Source: Nemertoderma westbladi | Taxonomy: Eukaryota; Animalia; Xenacoelomorpha | NCBI GenBank assembly: GCA_032718475.1 | Contig: JAUCBJ010001695.1 | Coordinates: forward strand, 1-64,000 | Direction: 5' to 3' | Length of the DNA stretch: 64,000 nt | Shown: positions 38,101 through 53,100 of the stretch, piece after piece | Numbering within the stretch: position 1 is the stretch's first letter | Layout of the letters: every line of letters begins with the position of its first letter | Made by a program: the position numbers and the translations under genes | Notes under the pieces: model-generated | Databases searched by the model: none | What the model was told of the DNA's origin: nothing | Seen by the model: only the letters and a program-made list of their open reading frames with translations

Positions 38101-41100
38101 ACCAGTTAGGAAAACATCTGCCCCATTAATAACATAGCGAACGACGCACCAGTTAGGTAATCATCTGCCCCACTAATAGAACATAGCAAACGGCGCACCA
38201 GTTAGGTAAACATCTGCCCCACTAATAGAACATAGGCGAACGGCGCACCAGTTAGGTAAACATCTGCCCCACTAATAGAACATAGGCGAACGGCGCACCA
38301 GTTAGGTAAACATCTGCCCCACTAATAGAACATAATCGAACGGCGCACCAGTTAGGAAAACATCTGCCCCACTAATAGAACATAGCGAACGACGCACCAG
38401 TTAGGAAAACATCTGCCCCACTAATAGAACATAATCGAACGGCGCACCAGTTAGGTAAACATCTGCCCCACTAATAGAACATAGCGAACGACGCACCAGT
38501 TAGGTAAACATCTGCCCCACTAATAGAACATAGCGAACGACGCACCAGTTAGGAAAACATCTGCCCCACTAATAGAACATAGCGAACGACGCACCAGTTA
38601 GGTAAACATCTGCCCCACTAATAGAACATAGGCGAACGGCGCACCAGTTAGGTAAACATCTGCCCCACTAATAGAACATAATCGAACGGCGCACCAGTTA
38701 GGAAAACATCTGCCCCACTAATAGAACATAGCGAACGACGCACCAGTTAGGAAAACATCTGCCCCACTAATAGAACATAGGCGAACGGCGCACCAGTTAG
38801 GTAAACATCTGCCCCACTAATAGAACATAATCGAACGGCGCACCAGTTAGGAAAACATCTGCCCCACTAATAGAACATAGCGAACGGCGCACCAGTTAGG
38901 TAAACATCTGCCCCACTAATAGAACATAGGCGAACGACGCACCAGTTAGGAAAACATCTGCCCCACTAATAGAACATAGGCGAACGACGCACCAGTTAGG
39001 AAAACATCTGCCCCACTAATAGAACATAATCGAACGGCGCACCAGTTAGGTAAACATCTGCCCCACTAATAGAACATAGCGAACGGCGCACCAGTTAGGA
39101 AAACATCTGCCCCACTAATATAACATAATCGAACGGCGCACCAGTTAGGAAAACATCTGCCCCACTAATAGAACATAATCGAACGGCGCACCAGTTAGGA
39201 AAACATCTGCCCCACTAATAGAACATAGCGAACGATGCACCAGTTAGGAAAACATCTGCCCCACTAATAACATAGCGAACGGCGCACCAGTTAGGAAAAC
39301 ATCTGCCCCACTAATAGAACATAATCGAACGGCGCACCAGTTAGGAAAACATCTGCCCCACTAATAGAACATAGCGAACGACGCACCAGTTAGGAAAACA
39401 TCTGCCCCACTAATAGAACATAGCGAACGACGCACCAGTTAGGAAAACATCTGCCCCACTAATAGAACATAGGCGAACGACGCACCAGTTAGGTAAACAT
39501 CTGCCCCACTAATAGAACATAATCGAACGGCGCACCAGTTAGGAAAACATCTGCCCCACTAATAGAACATAGCGAACGGCGCACCAGTTAGGAAAACATC
39601 TGCCCCACTAATAGAACATAGCGAACGACGCACCAGTTAGGTAAACATCTGCCCCACTAATAGAACATAATCGAACGGCGCACCAGTTAGGAAAACATCT
39701 GCCCCACTAATAGAACATAGCGAACGACGCACCAGTTAGGTAAACATCTGCCCCACTAATAACATAGCGAACGACGCACCAGTTAGGTAAACATCTGCCC
39801 CACTAATAGAACATAGGCGAACGGCGCACCAGTTAGGTAAACATCTGCCCCACTAATAGAACATAATCGAACGGCGCACCAGTTAGGAAAACATCTGCCC
39901 CACTAATAGAACATAATCGAACGGCGCACCAGTTAGGTAAACATCTGCCCCACTAATAGAACATAGCGAACGGCGCACCAGTTAGGAAAACATCTGCCCC
40001 ACTAATAGAACATAATCGAACGGCGCACCAGTTAGGAAAACATCTGCCCCACTAATAGAACATAATCGAACGGCGCACCAGTTAGGAAAACATCTGCCCC
40101 ACTAATAGAACATAGCGAACGGCGCACCAGTTAGGAAAACATCTGCCCCACTAATAGAACATAATCGAACGGCGCACCAGTTAGGAAAACATCTGCCCCA
40201 CTAATAGAACATAGGCGAACGACGCACCAGTTAGGAAAACATCTGCCCCACTAATAGAACATAATCGAACGGCGCACCAGTTAGGAAAACATCTGCCCCA
40301 CTAATAGAACATAGCGAACGACGCACCAGTTAGGTAAACATCTGCCCCACTAATAGAACATAATCGAACGGCGCACCAGTTAGGTAAACATCTGCCCCAC
40401 GAATAGAACATAGGCGAACGGCGCACCAGTTAGGAAAACATCTGCCCCACTAATAGAACATAATCGAACGGCGCACCAGTTAGGAAAACATCTGCCCCAC
40501 TAATAGAACATAGGCGAACGGCGCACCAGTTAGGTAAACATCTGCCCCACTAATAGAACATAGCGAACGACGCACCAGTTAGGAAAACATCTGCCCCACT
40601 AATAGAACATAATAGAACGGCGCACCAGTTAGGAAAACATCTGCCCCACTAATAGAACATAGCGAACGACGCACCAGTTAGGTAAACATCTGCCCCACTA
40701 ATAGAACATAGGCGAACGACGCACCAGTTAGGAAAACATCTGCCCCACTAATAGAACATAATCGAACGGCGCACCAGTTAGGAAAACATCTGCCCCACTA
40801 ATAGAACATAGGCGAACGGCGCACCAGTTAGGTAAACATCTGCCCCACTAATAGAACATAGGCGAACGGCGCACCAGTTAGGTAAACATCTGCCCCACTA
40901 ATAGAACATAGCGAACGACGCACCAGTTAGGAAAACATCTGCCCCACTAATAGAACATAATCGAACGGCGCACCAGTTAGGAAAACATCTGCCCCACTAA
41001 TAGAACATAGACGGACGACGCACCAGTTAGGAAAACATCTGCCCCACTAATAGAACATAGACGAACGACGCACCAGTTAGGTAAACATCTGCCCCACTAA

Positions 41101-44100
41101 TAGAACATAGCGAACGACGCACCAGTTAGGAAAACATCTGCCCCACTAATAGAACATAATCGAACGGCGCACCAGTTAGGTAAATATCTGCCCCACTAAT
41201 AGAACATAATCGAACGGCGCACCAGTTAGGTAAACATCTGCCCCACTAATAGAACATAATCGAACGGCGCACCAGTTAGGTAAACATCTGCCCCACTAAT
41301 AGAACATAATCGAACGGCGCACCAGTTAGGTAAACATCTGCCCCACTAATAGAACATAGCGAACGGCACACCAGTTAGGAAAACATCTGCCCCACTAATA
41401 GAACATAGGCGAACGGCGCACCAGTTAGGAAAACATCTGCCCCACTAATAGAACATAGACGAACGACGCACCAGTTAGGTAAACATCTGCCCCACTAATA
41501 GAACATAGCGAACGACGCACCAGTTAGGAAAACATCTGCCCCACTAATAGAACATAATCGAACGGCGCACCAGTTAGGTAAATATCTGCCCCACTAATAG
41601 AACATAATCGAACGGCGCACCAGTTAGGTAAACATCTGCCCCACTAATAGAACATAATCGAACGGCGCACCAGTTAGGTAAACATCTGCCCCACTAATAG
41701 AACATAATCGAACGGCGCACCAGTTAGGTAAACATCTGCCCCACTAATAGAACATAGCGAACGGCACACCAGTTAGGAAAACATCTGCCCCACTAATAGA
41801 ACATAGGCGAACGGCGCACCAGTTAGGTAAACATCTGCCCCACTAATAGAACATAATCGAACGGCGCACCAGTTAGGAAAACATCTGCCCCACTAATAGA
41901 ACATAGCGAACGACGCACCAGTTAGGTAAACATCTGCCCCACTAATAGAACATAATCGAACGGCGCACCAGTTAGGTAAACATCTGCCCCACTAATAGAA
42001 CATAGGCGAACGGCGCACCAGTTAGGTAAACATCTGCCCCACTAATAGAACATAGGCGAACGACGCACCAGTTAGGAAAACATCTGCCCCACTAATAGAA
42101 CATAATCGAACGGCGCACCAGTTAGGTAAACATCTGCCCCACTAATAGAACATAGGCGAACGACGCACCAGTTAGGTAAACATCTGCCCCACTAATAGAA
42201 CATAATCGAACGGCGCACCAGTTAGGAAAACATCTGCCCCACTAATAGAACATAATCGAACGGCGCACCAGTTAGGTAAACATCTGCCCCACTAATAGAA
42301 CATAATCGAACGGCGCACCAGTTAGGAAAACATCTGCCCCACTAATAGAACATAATCGAACGGCGCACCAGTTAGGAAAACATCTGCCCCACTAATAGAA
42401 CATAATCGAACGGCGCACCAGTTAGGAAAACATCTGCCCCACTAATAGAACATAGGCGAACGTCGCACCAGTTAGGAAAACATCTGCCCCACTAATAGAA
42501 CATAGCGAACGACGCACCAGTTAGGAAAACATCTGCCCCACTAATAGAACATAGGCGAACGGCGCACCAGTTAGGTAAACATCTGCCCCACTAATAGAAC
42601 ATAATCGAACGGCGCACCAGTTAGGAAAACATCTGCCCCACTAATAGAACATAGGCGAACGGCGCACCAGTTAGGAAAACATCTGCCCCACTAATAGAAC
42701 ATAGGCGAACGGCGCACCAGTTAGGAAAACATCTGCCCTACTAATAACATAGGCGAACGGCGCACCAGTTAGGAAAACATCTGCCCCACTAATAGAACAT
42801 AGCGAACGACGCACCAGTTAGGAAAACATCTGCCCCACTAATAGAACATAGACGGACGGCGCACCAGTTAGGAAAACATCTGCCCCACTAATAGAACATA
42901 GGCGAACGGCGCACCAGTTAGGTAAACATCTGCCCCACTAATAGAACATAGGCGAACGGCGCAACAGTTAGGTAAACATCTGCCCCACTAATAGAACATA
43001 GGCGAACGGCGCACCAGTTAGGAAAATATCTGCACCACTAATTGAACATAGGCGAACGACGCACCAGTTAGGTAAACATCTGCCCCACTAATAGAACATA
43101 GGCGAAAGACGCACCAGTTAGGAAAATATCTGCCCCACTAATAGAACATAGGCGAACGACGCACCAGTTAGGTAAACATCTGCCCCACTAATAGAACATA
43201 GGCGAACGACGCACCAGTTAGGTAAACATCTGCCCCACTAATAGAACATAGGCGAACGGCGCACCAGTTAGGAAAATATCTGCCCCACTAATAGAACATA
43301 GGCGAAAGACGCACCAGTTAGGAAAACATCTGCCCCACTAATAGAACATAGCGAACGACGCACCAGTTAGGTAAACATCTGCCCCACTAATAGAACATAG
43401 GCGAACGACGCACCAGTTAGGTAAACATCTGCCCCACTAATAACATAGGCGAACGACGCACCAGTTAGGTAAACATCTGCCCCACTAATAGAACATAGGC
43501 GAACGACGCACCAGTTAGGTAAACATCTGCCCCACTAATAGAACATAGGCGAACGGCGCACCAGTTAGGAAAATATCTGCCCCACTAATAGAACATAGGC
43601 GAACGGCGCACCAGTTAGGAAAACATCTGCCCCACTAATAGAACATAATCGAACGGCGCACCAGTTAGGAAAACATCTGCCCCACTAATAGAACATAGGC
43701 GAACGGCGCACCAGTTAGGTAAACATCTGCCCCACTAATAGAACATAGGCGAACGACGCACCAGTTAGGTAAACATCTGCCCCACTAATAGAACATAGGC
43801 GAACGGCGCACCAGTTAGGAAAATATCTGCCCCACTAATAGAACATAGGCGAACGGCGCACCAGTTAGGAAAACATCTGCCCCACTAATAGAACATAATC
43901 GAACGGCGCACCAGTTAGGAAAACATCTGCCCCACTAATAGAACATAGGCGAACGGCGCACCAGTTAGGAAAACATCTGCCCCACTAATAGAACATAGCG
44001 AACGGCGCACCAGTTAGGTAAACATCTGCCCCACTAATAACATAGGCGAACGACGCACCAGTTAGGTAAACATCTGCCCCACTAATAGAACATTGGCGAA

Positions 44101-47100
44101 CGGCGCACCAGTTAGGTAAACATCTGCCCCACTAATAGAACATAATCGAACGGCGCACCAGTTAGGAAAACATCTGCCCCACTAATAGAACATAGGCGAA
44201 CGTCGCACCAGTTAGGTAAACATCTGCCCCACTAATAGAACATAGGCGAACGACGCACCAGTTAGGTAAACATCTGCCCCACTAATAGAACATAATCGAA
44301 CGGCGCACCAGTTAGGAAAACATCTGCCCCACTAATAGAACATAATCGAACGGCGCACCAGTTAGGAAAACATCTGCCCCACTAATAGAACATAGCGAAC
44401 GGCGCACCAGTTAGGTAAACATCTGCCCCACTAATAACATGGCGAACGGCGCACCAGTTAGGTAAACATCTGCCCCACTAATAGAACATAGGCGAACGGC
44501 GCACCAGTTAGGTAAACATCTGCCCCACTAATAGAACATAGGCGGACGGCGCACCAGTTAGGTAAACATCTGCCCCACTAATAGAACATAGGCGAACGGC
44601 GCACCAGTTAGGAAAACATCTGCCCCACTAATAGAACATAGCGAACGGCGCACCAGTTAGGAAAACATCTGCCCCACTAATATAACATAATCGAACGGCG
44701 CACCAGTTAGGAAAACATCTGCCCCACTAATAGAACATAGCGAACGGCGCACCAGTTAGGAAAACATCTGCCCCACTAATAGAACATAATCGAACGGCGC
44801 ACCAGTTAGGAAAACATCTGCCCCACTAATAGAACATAGCGAACGACGCACCAGTTAGGAAAACATCTGCCCCACTAATAGAACATAGCGAACGACGCAC
44901 CAGTTAGGAAAACATCTGCCCCACTAATAGAACATAGGCGAACGATGCACCAGTTAGGAAAACATCTGCCCCACTAATAGAACATAATCGAACGGCGCAC
45001 CAGTTAGGAAAACATCTGCCCCACTAATAGAACATAGCGAACGACGCACCAGTTAGGAAAACATCTGCCCCACTAATAGAACATAGCGAACGACGCACCA
45101 GTTAGGTAAACATCTGCCCCACTAATAGAACATAATCGAACGGCGCACCAGTTAGGAAAACATCTGCCCCACTAATAGAACATAGCGAACGACGCACCAG
45201 TTAGGTAAACATCTGCCCCACTAATAACATAGCGAACGACGCACCAGTTAGGTAAACATCTGCCCCACTAATAGAACATAGGCGAACGGCGCACCAGTTA
45301 GGTAAACATCTGCCCCACTAATAGAACATAATCGAACGGCGCACCAGTTAGGAAAACATCTGCCCCACTAATAGAACATAATCGAACGGCGCACCAGTTA
45401 GGTAAACATCTGCCCCACTAATAGAACATAGCGAACGGCGCACCAGTTAGGAAAACATCTGCCCCACTAATAGAACATAATCGAACGGCGCACCAGTTAG
45501 GAAAACATCTGCCCCACTAATAGAACATAATCGAACGGCGCACCACTTAGGAAAACATCTGCCCCACTAATAGAACATAGCGAACGGCGCACCAGTTAGG
45601 AAAACATCTGCCCCACTAATAGAACATAATCGAACGGCGCACCAGTTAGGAAAACATCTGCCCCACTAATAGAACATAGGCGAACGACGCACCAGTTAGG
45701 AAAACATCTGCCCCACTAATAGAACATAATCGAACGGCGCACCAGTTAGGAAAACATCTGCCCCACTAATAGAACATAGCGAACGACGCACCAGTTAGGT
45801 AAACATCTGCCCCACTAATAGAACATAATCGAACGGCGCACCAGTTAGGTAAACATCTGCCCCACGAATAGAACATAGGCGAACGGCGCACCAGTTAGGA
45901 AAACATCTGCCCCACTAATAGAACATAATCGAACGGCGCACCAGTTAGGAAAACATCTGCCCCACTAATAGAACATAGGCGAACGGCGCACCAGTTAGGT
46001 AAACATCTGCCCCACTAATAGAACATAGCGAACGACGCACCAGTTAGGAAAACATCTGCCCCACTAATAGAACATAATAGAACGGCGCACCAGTTAGGAA
46101 AACATCTGCCCCACTAATAGAACATAGCGAACGACGCACCAGTTAGGTAAACATCTGCCCCACTAATAGAACATAGGCGAACGACGCACCAGTTAGGAAA
46201 ACATCTGCCCCACTAATAGAACATAATCGAACGGCGCACCAGTTAGGAAAACATCTGCCCCACTAATAGAACATAGCGAACGACGCACCAGTTAGGAAAA
46301 CATCTGCCCCACTAATAGAACATAATCGAACGGCGCACCAGTTAGGAAAACATCTGCCCCACTAATAGAACATAGACGGACGACGCACCAGTTAGGAAAA
46401 CATCTGCCCCACTAATAGAACATAGACGAACGACGCACCAGTTAGGTAAACATCTGCCCCACTAATAGAACATAGCGAACGACGCACCAGTTAGGAAAAC
46501 ATCTGCCCCACTAATAGAACATAATCGAACGGCGCACCAGTTAGGTAAACATCTGCCCCACTAATAGAACATAATCGAACGGCGCACCAGTTAGGTAAAC
46601 ATCTGCCCCACTAATAGAACATAATCGAACGGCGCACCAGTTAGGTAAACATCTGCCCCACTAATAGAACATAGCGAACGGCACACCAGTTAGGAAAACA
46701 TCTGCCCCACTAATAGAACATAGGCGAACGACGCACCAGTTAGGTAAACATCTGCCCCACTAATAGAACATAATCGAACGGCGCACCAGTTAGGAAAACA
46801 TCTGCCCCACTAATAGAACATAGCGAACGACGCACCAGTTAGGTAAACATCTGCCCCACTAATAGAACATAATCGAACGGCGCACCAGTTAGGTAAACAT
46901 CTGCCCCACTAATAGAACATAGGCGAACGGCGCACCAGTTAGGTAAACATCTGCCCCACTAATAGAACATAGGCGAACGACGCACCAGTTAGGTAAACAT
47001 CTGCCCCACTAATAGAACATAATCGAACGGCGCACCAGTTAGGAAAACATCTGCCCCACTAATAGAACATAATCGAACGGCGCACCAGTTAGGTAAACAT

Positions 47101-50100
47101 CTGCCCCACTAATAGAACATAGGCGAACGACGCACCAGTTAGGTAAACATCTGCCCCACTAATAGAACATAATCGAACGGCGCACCAGTTAGGAAAACAT
47201 CTGCCCCACTAATAGAACATAGGCGAACGTCGCACCAGTTAGGTAAACATCTGCCCCACTAATAGAACATAGGCGAACGACGCACCAGTTAGGTAAACAT
47301 CTGCCCCACTAATAGAACATAATCGAACGGCGCACCAGTTAGGAAAACATCTGCCCCACTAATAGAACATAATCGAACGGCGCACCAGTTAGGAAAACAT
47401 CTGCCCCACTAATAGAACATAGCGAACGACGCACCAGTTAGGAAAACATCTGCCCCACTAATAGAACATAGCGAACGACGCACCAGTTAGGAAAACATCT
47501 GCCCCACTAATAGAACATAGGCGAACGGCGCACCAGTTAGGTAAACATCTGCCCCACTAATAGAACATAATCGAACGGCGCACCAGTTAGGAAAACATCT
47601 GCCCCACTAATAGAACATAGGCGAACGGCGCACCAGTTAGGAAAACATCTGCCCCACTAATAGAACATAGGCGAACGGCGCACCAGTTAGGAAAACATCT
47701 GCCCTACTAATAACATAGGCGAACGGCGCACCAGTTAGGAAAACATCTGCCCCACTAATAGAACATAGCGAACGACGCACCAGTTAGGAAAACATCTGCC
47801 CCACTAATAGAACATAGACGGACGGCGCACCAGTTAGGAAAACATCTGCCCCACTAATAGAACATAGGCGAACGGCGCACCAGTTAGGTAAACATCTGCC
47901 CCACTAATAGAACATAGGCGAACGGCGCAACAGTTAGGTAAACATCTGCCCCACTAATAGAACATAGGCGAACGGCGCACCAGTTAGGAAAATATCTGCA
48001 CCACTAATTGAACATAGGCGAACGACGCACCAGTTAGGTAAACATCTGCCCCACTAATAGAACATAGGCGAAAGACGCACCAGTTAGGAAAATATCTGCC
48101 CCACTAATAGAACATAGGCGAACGACGCACCAGTTAGGTAAACATCTGCCCCACTAATAGAACATAGGCGAACGACGCACCAGTTAGGTAAACATCTGCC
48201 CCACTAATAGAACATAGGCGAACGGCGCACCAGTTAGGAAAATATCTGCCCCACTAATAGAACATAGGCGAAAGACGCACCAGTTAGGAAAACATCTGCC
48301 CCACTAATAGAACATAGCGAACGACGCACCAGTTAGGTAAACATCTGCCCCACTAATAGAACATAGGCGAACGACGCACCAGTTAGGTAAACATCTGCCC
48401 CACTAATAACATAGGCGAACGACGCACCAGTTAGGTAAACATCTGCCCCACTAATAGAACATAGGCGAACGACGCACCAGTTAGGTAAACATCTGCCCCA
48501 CTAATAGAACATAGGCGAACGGCGCACCAGTTAGGAAAATATCTGCCCCACTAATAGAACATAGGCGAACGGCGCACCAGTTAGGAAAACATCTGCCCCA
48601 CTAATAGAACATAATCGAACGGCGCACCAGTTAGGAAAACATCTGCCCCACTAATAGAACATAGGCGAACGGCGCACCAGTTAGGTAAACATCTGCCCCA
48701 CTAATAGAACATAGGCGAACGACGCACCAGTTAGGTAAACATCTGCCCCACTAATAGAACATAGGCGAACGGCGCACCAGTTAGGAAAATATCTGCCCCA
48801 CTAATAGAACATAGGCGAACGGCGCACCAGTTAGGAAAACATCTGCCCCACTAATAGAACATAATCGAACGGCGCACCAGTTAGGAAAACATCTGCCCCA
48901 CTAATAGAACATAGGCGAACGGCGCACCAGTTAGGAAAACATCTGCCCCACTAATAGAACATAGCGAACGGCGCACCAGTTAGGTAAACATCTGCCCCAC
49001 TAATAACATAGGCGAACGACGCACCAGTTAGGTAAACATCTGCCCCACTAATAGAACATTGGCGAACGGCGCACCAGTTAGGTAAACATCTGCCCCACTA
49101 ATAGAACATAATCGAACGGCGCACCAGTTAGGAAAACATCTGCCCCACTAATAGAACATAGGCGAACGTCGCACCAGTTAGGTAAACATCTGCCCCACTA
49201 ATAGAACATAGGCGAACGACGCACCAGTTAGGTAAACATCTGCCCCACTAATAGAACATAATCGAACGGCGCACCAGTTAGGAAAACATCTGCCCCACTA
49301 ATAGAACATAATCGAACGGCGCACCAGTTAGGAAAACATCTGCCCCACTAATAGAACATAGCGAACGACGCACCAGTTAGGAAAACATCTGCCCCACTAA
49401 TAGAACATAGCGAACGACGCACCAGTTAGGAAAACATCTGCCCCACTAATAGAACATAGGCGAACGGCGCACCAGTTAGGTAAACATCTGCCCCACTAAT
49501 AGAACATAATCGAACGGCGCACCAGTTAGGAAAACATCTGCCCCACTAATAGAACATAGGCGAACGGCGCACCAGTTAGGAAAACATCTGCCCCACTAAT
49601 AGAACATAGGCGAACGGCGCACCAGTTAGGAAAACATCTGCCCTACTAATAACATAGGCGAACGGCGCACCAGTTAGGAAAACATCTGCCCCACTAATAG
49701 AACATAGCGAACGACGCACCAGTTAGGAAAACATCTGCCCCACTAATAGAACATAGACGGACGGCGCACCAGTTAGGAAAACATCTGCCCCACTAATAGA
49801 ACATAGGCGAACGGCGCACCAGTTAGGTAAACATCTGCCCCACTAATAGAACATAGGCGAACGGCGCACCAGTTAGGTAAACATCCGCCCCACTAATAGA
49901 ACATAGGCGAACGGCGCACCAGTTAGGAAAATATCTGCACCACTAATTGAACATAGGCGAACGACGCACCAGTTAGGTAAACATCTGCCCCACTAATAGA
50001 ACATAGGCGAAAGACGCACCAGTTAGGAAAATATCTGCCCCACTAATAGAACATAGGCGAACGACGCACCAGTTAGGTAAACATCTGCCCCACTAATAGA

Positions 50101-53100
50101 ACATAGGCGAACGACGCACCAGTTAGGTAAACATCTGCCCCACTAATAGAACATAGGCGAACGGCGCACCAGTTAGGAAAATATCTGCCCCACTAATAGA
50201 ACATAGGCAAAAGACGCACCAGTTAGGAAAACATCTGCCCCACTAATAGAACATAGCGAACGACGCACCAGTTAGGTAAACATCTGCCCCACTAATAGAA
50301 CATAGGCGAACGACGCACCAGTTAGGTAAACATCTGCCCCACTAATAACATAGGCGAACGACGCACCAGTTAGGTAAACATCTGCCCCACTAATAGAACA
50401 TAGGCGAACGACGCACCAGTTAGGTAAACATCTGCCCCACTAATAGAACATAGGCGAACGGCGCACCAGTTAGGAAAATATCTGCCCCACTAATAGAACA
50501 TAGGCGAACGGCGCACCAGTTAGGAAAACATCTGCCCCACTAATAGAACATAATCGAACGGCGCACCAGTTAGGAAAACATCTGCCCCACTAATAGAACA
50601 TAGGCGAACGGCGCACCAGTTAGGTAAACATCTGCCCCACTAATAGAACATAGGCGAACGACGCACCAGTTAGGTAAACATCTGCCCCACTAATAGAACA
50701 TAGGCGAACGACGCACCAGTTAGGAAAATATCTGCCCCACTAATAGAACATAGGCGAACGGCGCACCAGTTAGGAAAACATCTGCCCCACTAATAGAACA
50801 TAATCGAACGGCGCACCAGTTAGGAAAACATCTGCCCCACTAATAGAACATAGGCGAACGGCGCACCAGTTAGGAAAACATCTGCCCCACTAATAGAACA
50901 TAGCGAACGGCGCACCAGTTAGGTAAACATCTGCCCCACTAATAACATAGGCGAACGACGCACCAGTTAGGTAAACATCTGCCCCACTAATAGAACATTG
51001 GCGAACGGCGCACCAGTTAGGTAAACATCTGCCCCACTAATAGAACATAATCGAACGGCGCACCAGTTAGGAAAATATCTGCCCCACTAATAGAACATAG
51101 GCGAAAGACGCACCAGTTAGGAAAACATCTGCCCCACTAATAGAACATAGCGAACGACGCACCAGTTAGGTAAACATCTGCCCCACTAATAGAACATAGG
51201 CGAACGACGCACCAGTTAGGTAAACATCTGCCCCACTAATAACATAGGCGAACGACGCACCAGTTAGGTAAACATCTGCCCCACTAATAGAACATAGGCG
51301 AACGACGCACCAGTTAGGTAAACATCTGCCCCACTAATAGAACATAGGCGAACGGCGCACCAGTTAGGAAAATATCTGCCCCACTAATAGAACATAGGCG
51401 AACGGCGCACCAGTTAGGAAAACATCTGCCCCACTAATAGAACATAATCGAACGGCGCACCAGTTAGGAAAACATCTGCCCCACTAATAGAACATAGGCG
51501 AACGGCGCACCAGTTAGGAAAACATCTGCCCCACTAATAGAACATAGCGAACGGCGCACCAGTTAGGTAAACATCTGCCCCACTAATAACATAGGCGAAC
51601 GACGCACCAGTTAGGTAAACATCTGCCCCACTAATAGAACATTGGCGAACGGCGCACCAGTTAGGTAAACATCTGCCCCACTAATAGAACATAATCGAAC
51701 GGCGCACCAGTTAGGAAAACATCTGCCCCACTAATAGAACATAATCGAACGGCGCACCAGTTAGGTAAACATCTGCCCCACTAATAGAACATAGCGAACG
51801 GCGCACCAGTTAGGAAAACATCTGCCCCACTAATAGAACATAATCGAACGGCGCACCAGTTAGGAAAACATCTGCCCCACTAATAGAACATAATCGAACG
51901 GCGCACCAGTTAGGAAAACATCTGCCCCACTAATAGAACATAGCGAACGACGCACCAGTTAGGAAAACATCTGCCCCACTAATAGAACATAGCGAACGAC
52001 GCACCAGTTAGGAAAACATCTGCCCCACTAATAGAACATAATCGAACGGCGCACCAGTTAGGAAAACATCTGCCCCACTAATAGAACATAGCGAACGGCG
52101 CACCAGTTAGGTAAACATCTGCCCCACTAATAGAACATAATCGAACGGCGCACCAGTTAGGAAAACATCTGCCCCACTAATAGAACATAGCGAACGGCGC
52201 ACCAGTTAGGTAAACATCTGCCCCACTAATAGAACATAGCGAACGACGCACCAGTTAGGAAAACATCTGCCCCACTAATAGAACATAATCGAACGGCGCA
52301 CCAGTTAGGAAAACATCTGCCCCACTAATAGAACATAGCGAACGACGCACCAGTTAGGTAAACATCTGCCCCACTAATAGAACATAGGCGAACGACGCAC
52401 CAGTTAGGAAAACATCTGCCCCACTAATAGAACATAATCGAACGGCGCACCAGTTAGGAAAACATCTGCCCCACTAATAGAACATAGCGAACGACGCACC
52501 AGTTAGGAAAACATCTGCCCCACTAATAGAACATAATCGAACGGCGCACCAGTTAGGAAAACATCTGCCCCACTAATAGAACATAGACGGACGACGCACC
52601 AGTTAGGAAAACATCTGCCCCACTAATAGAACATAGACGAACGACGCACCAGTTAGGTAAACATCTGCCCCACTAATAGAACATAGCGAACGACGCACCA
52701 GTTAGGAAAACATCTGCCCCACTAATAGAACATAATCGAACGGCGCACCAGTTAGGTAAATATCTGCCCCACTAATAGAACATAGCGAACGACGCACCAG
52801 TTAGGAAAACATCTGCCCCACTAATAGAACATAATCGAACGGCGCACCAGTTAGGTAAACATCTGCCCCACTAATAGAACATAGGCGAACGACGCACCAG
52901 TTAGGTAAACATCTGCCCCACTAATAGAACATAATCGAACGGCGCACCAGTTAGGAAAACATCTGCCCCACTAATAGAACATAGCGAACGACGCACCAGT
53001 TAGGAAAACATCTGCCCCACTAATAGAACATAGGCGGACGGCGCACCAGTTAGGTAAACATCTGCCCCACTAATAGAACATAGGCGAACGACGCACCAGT

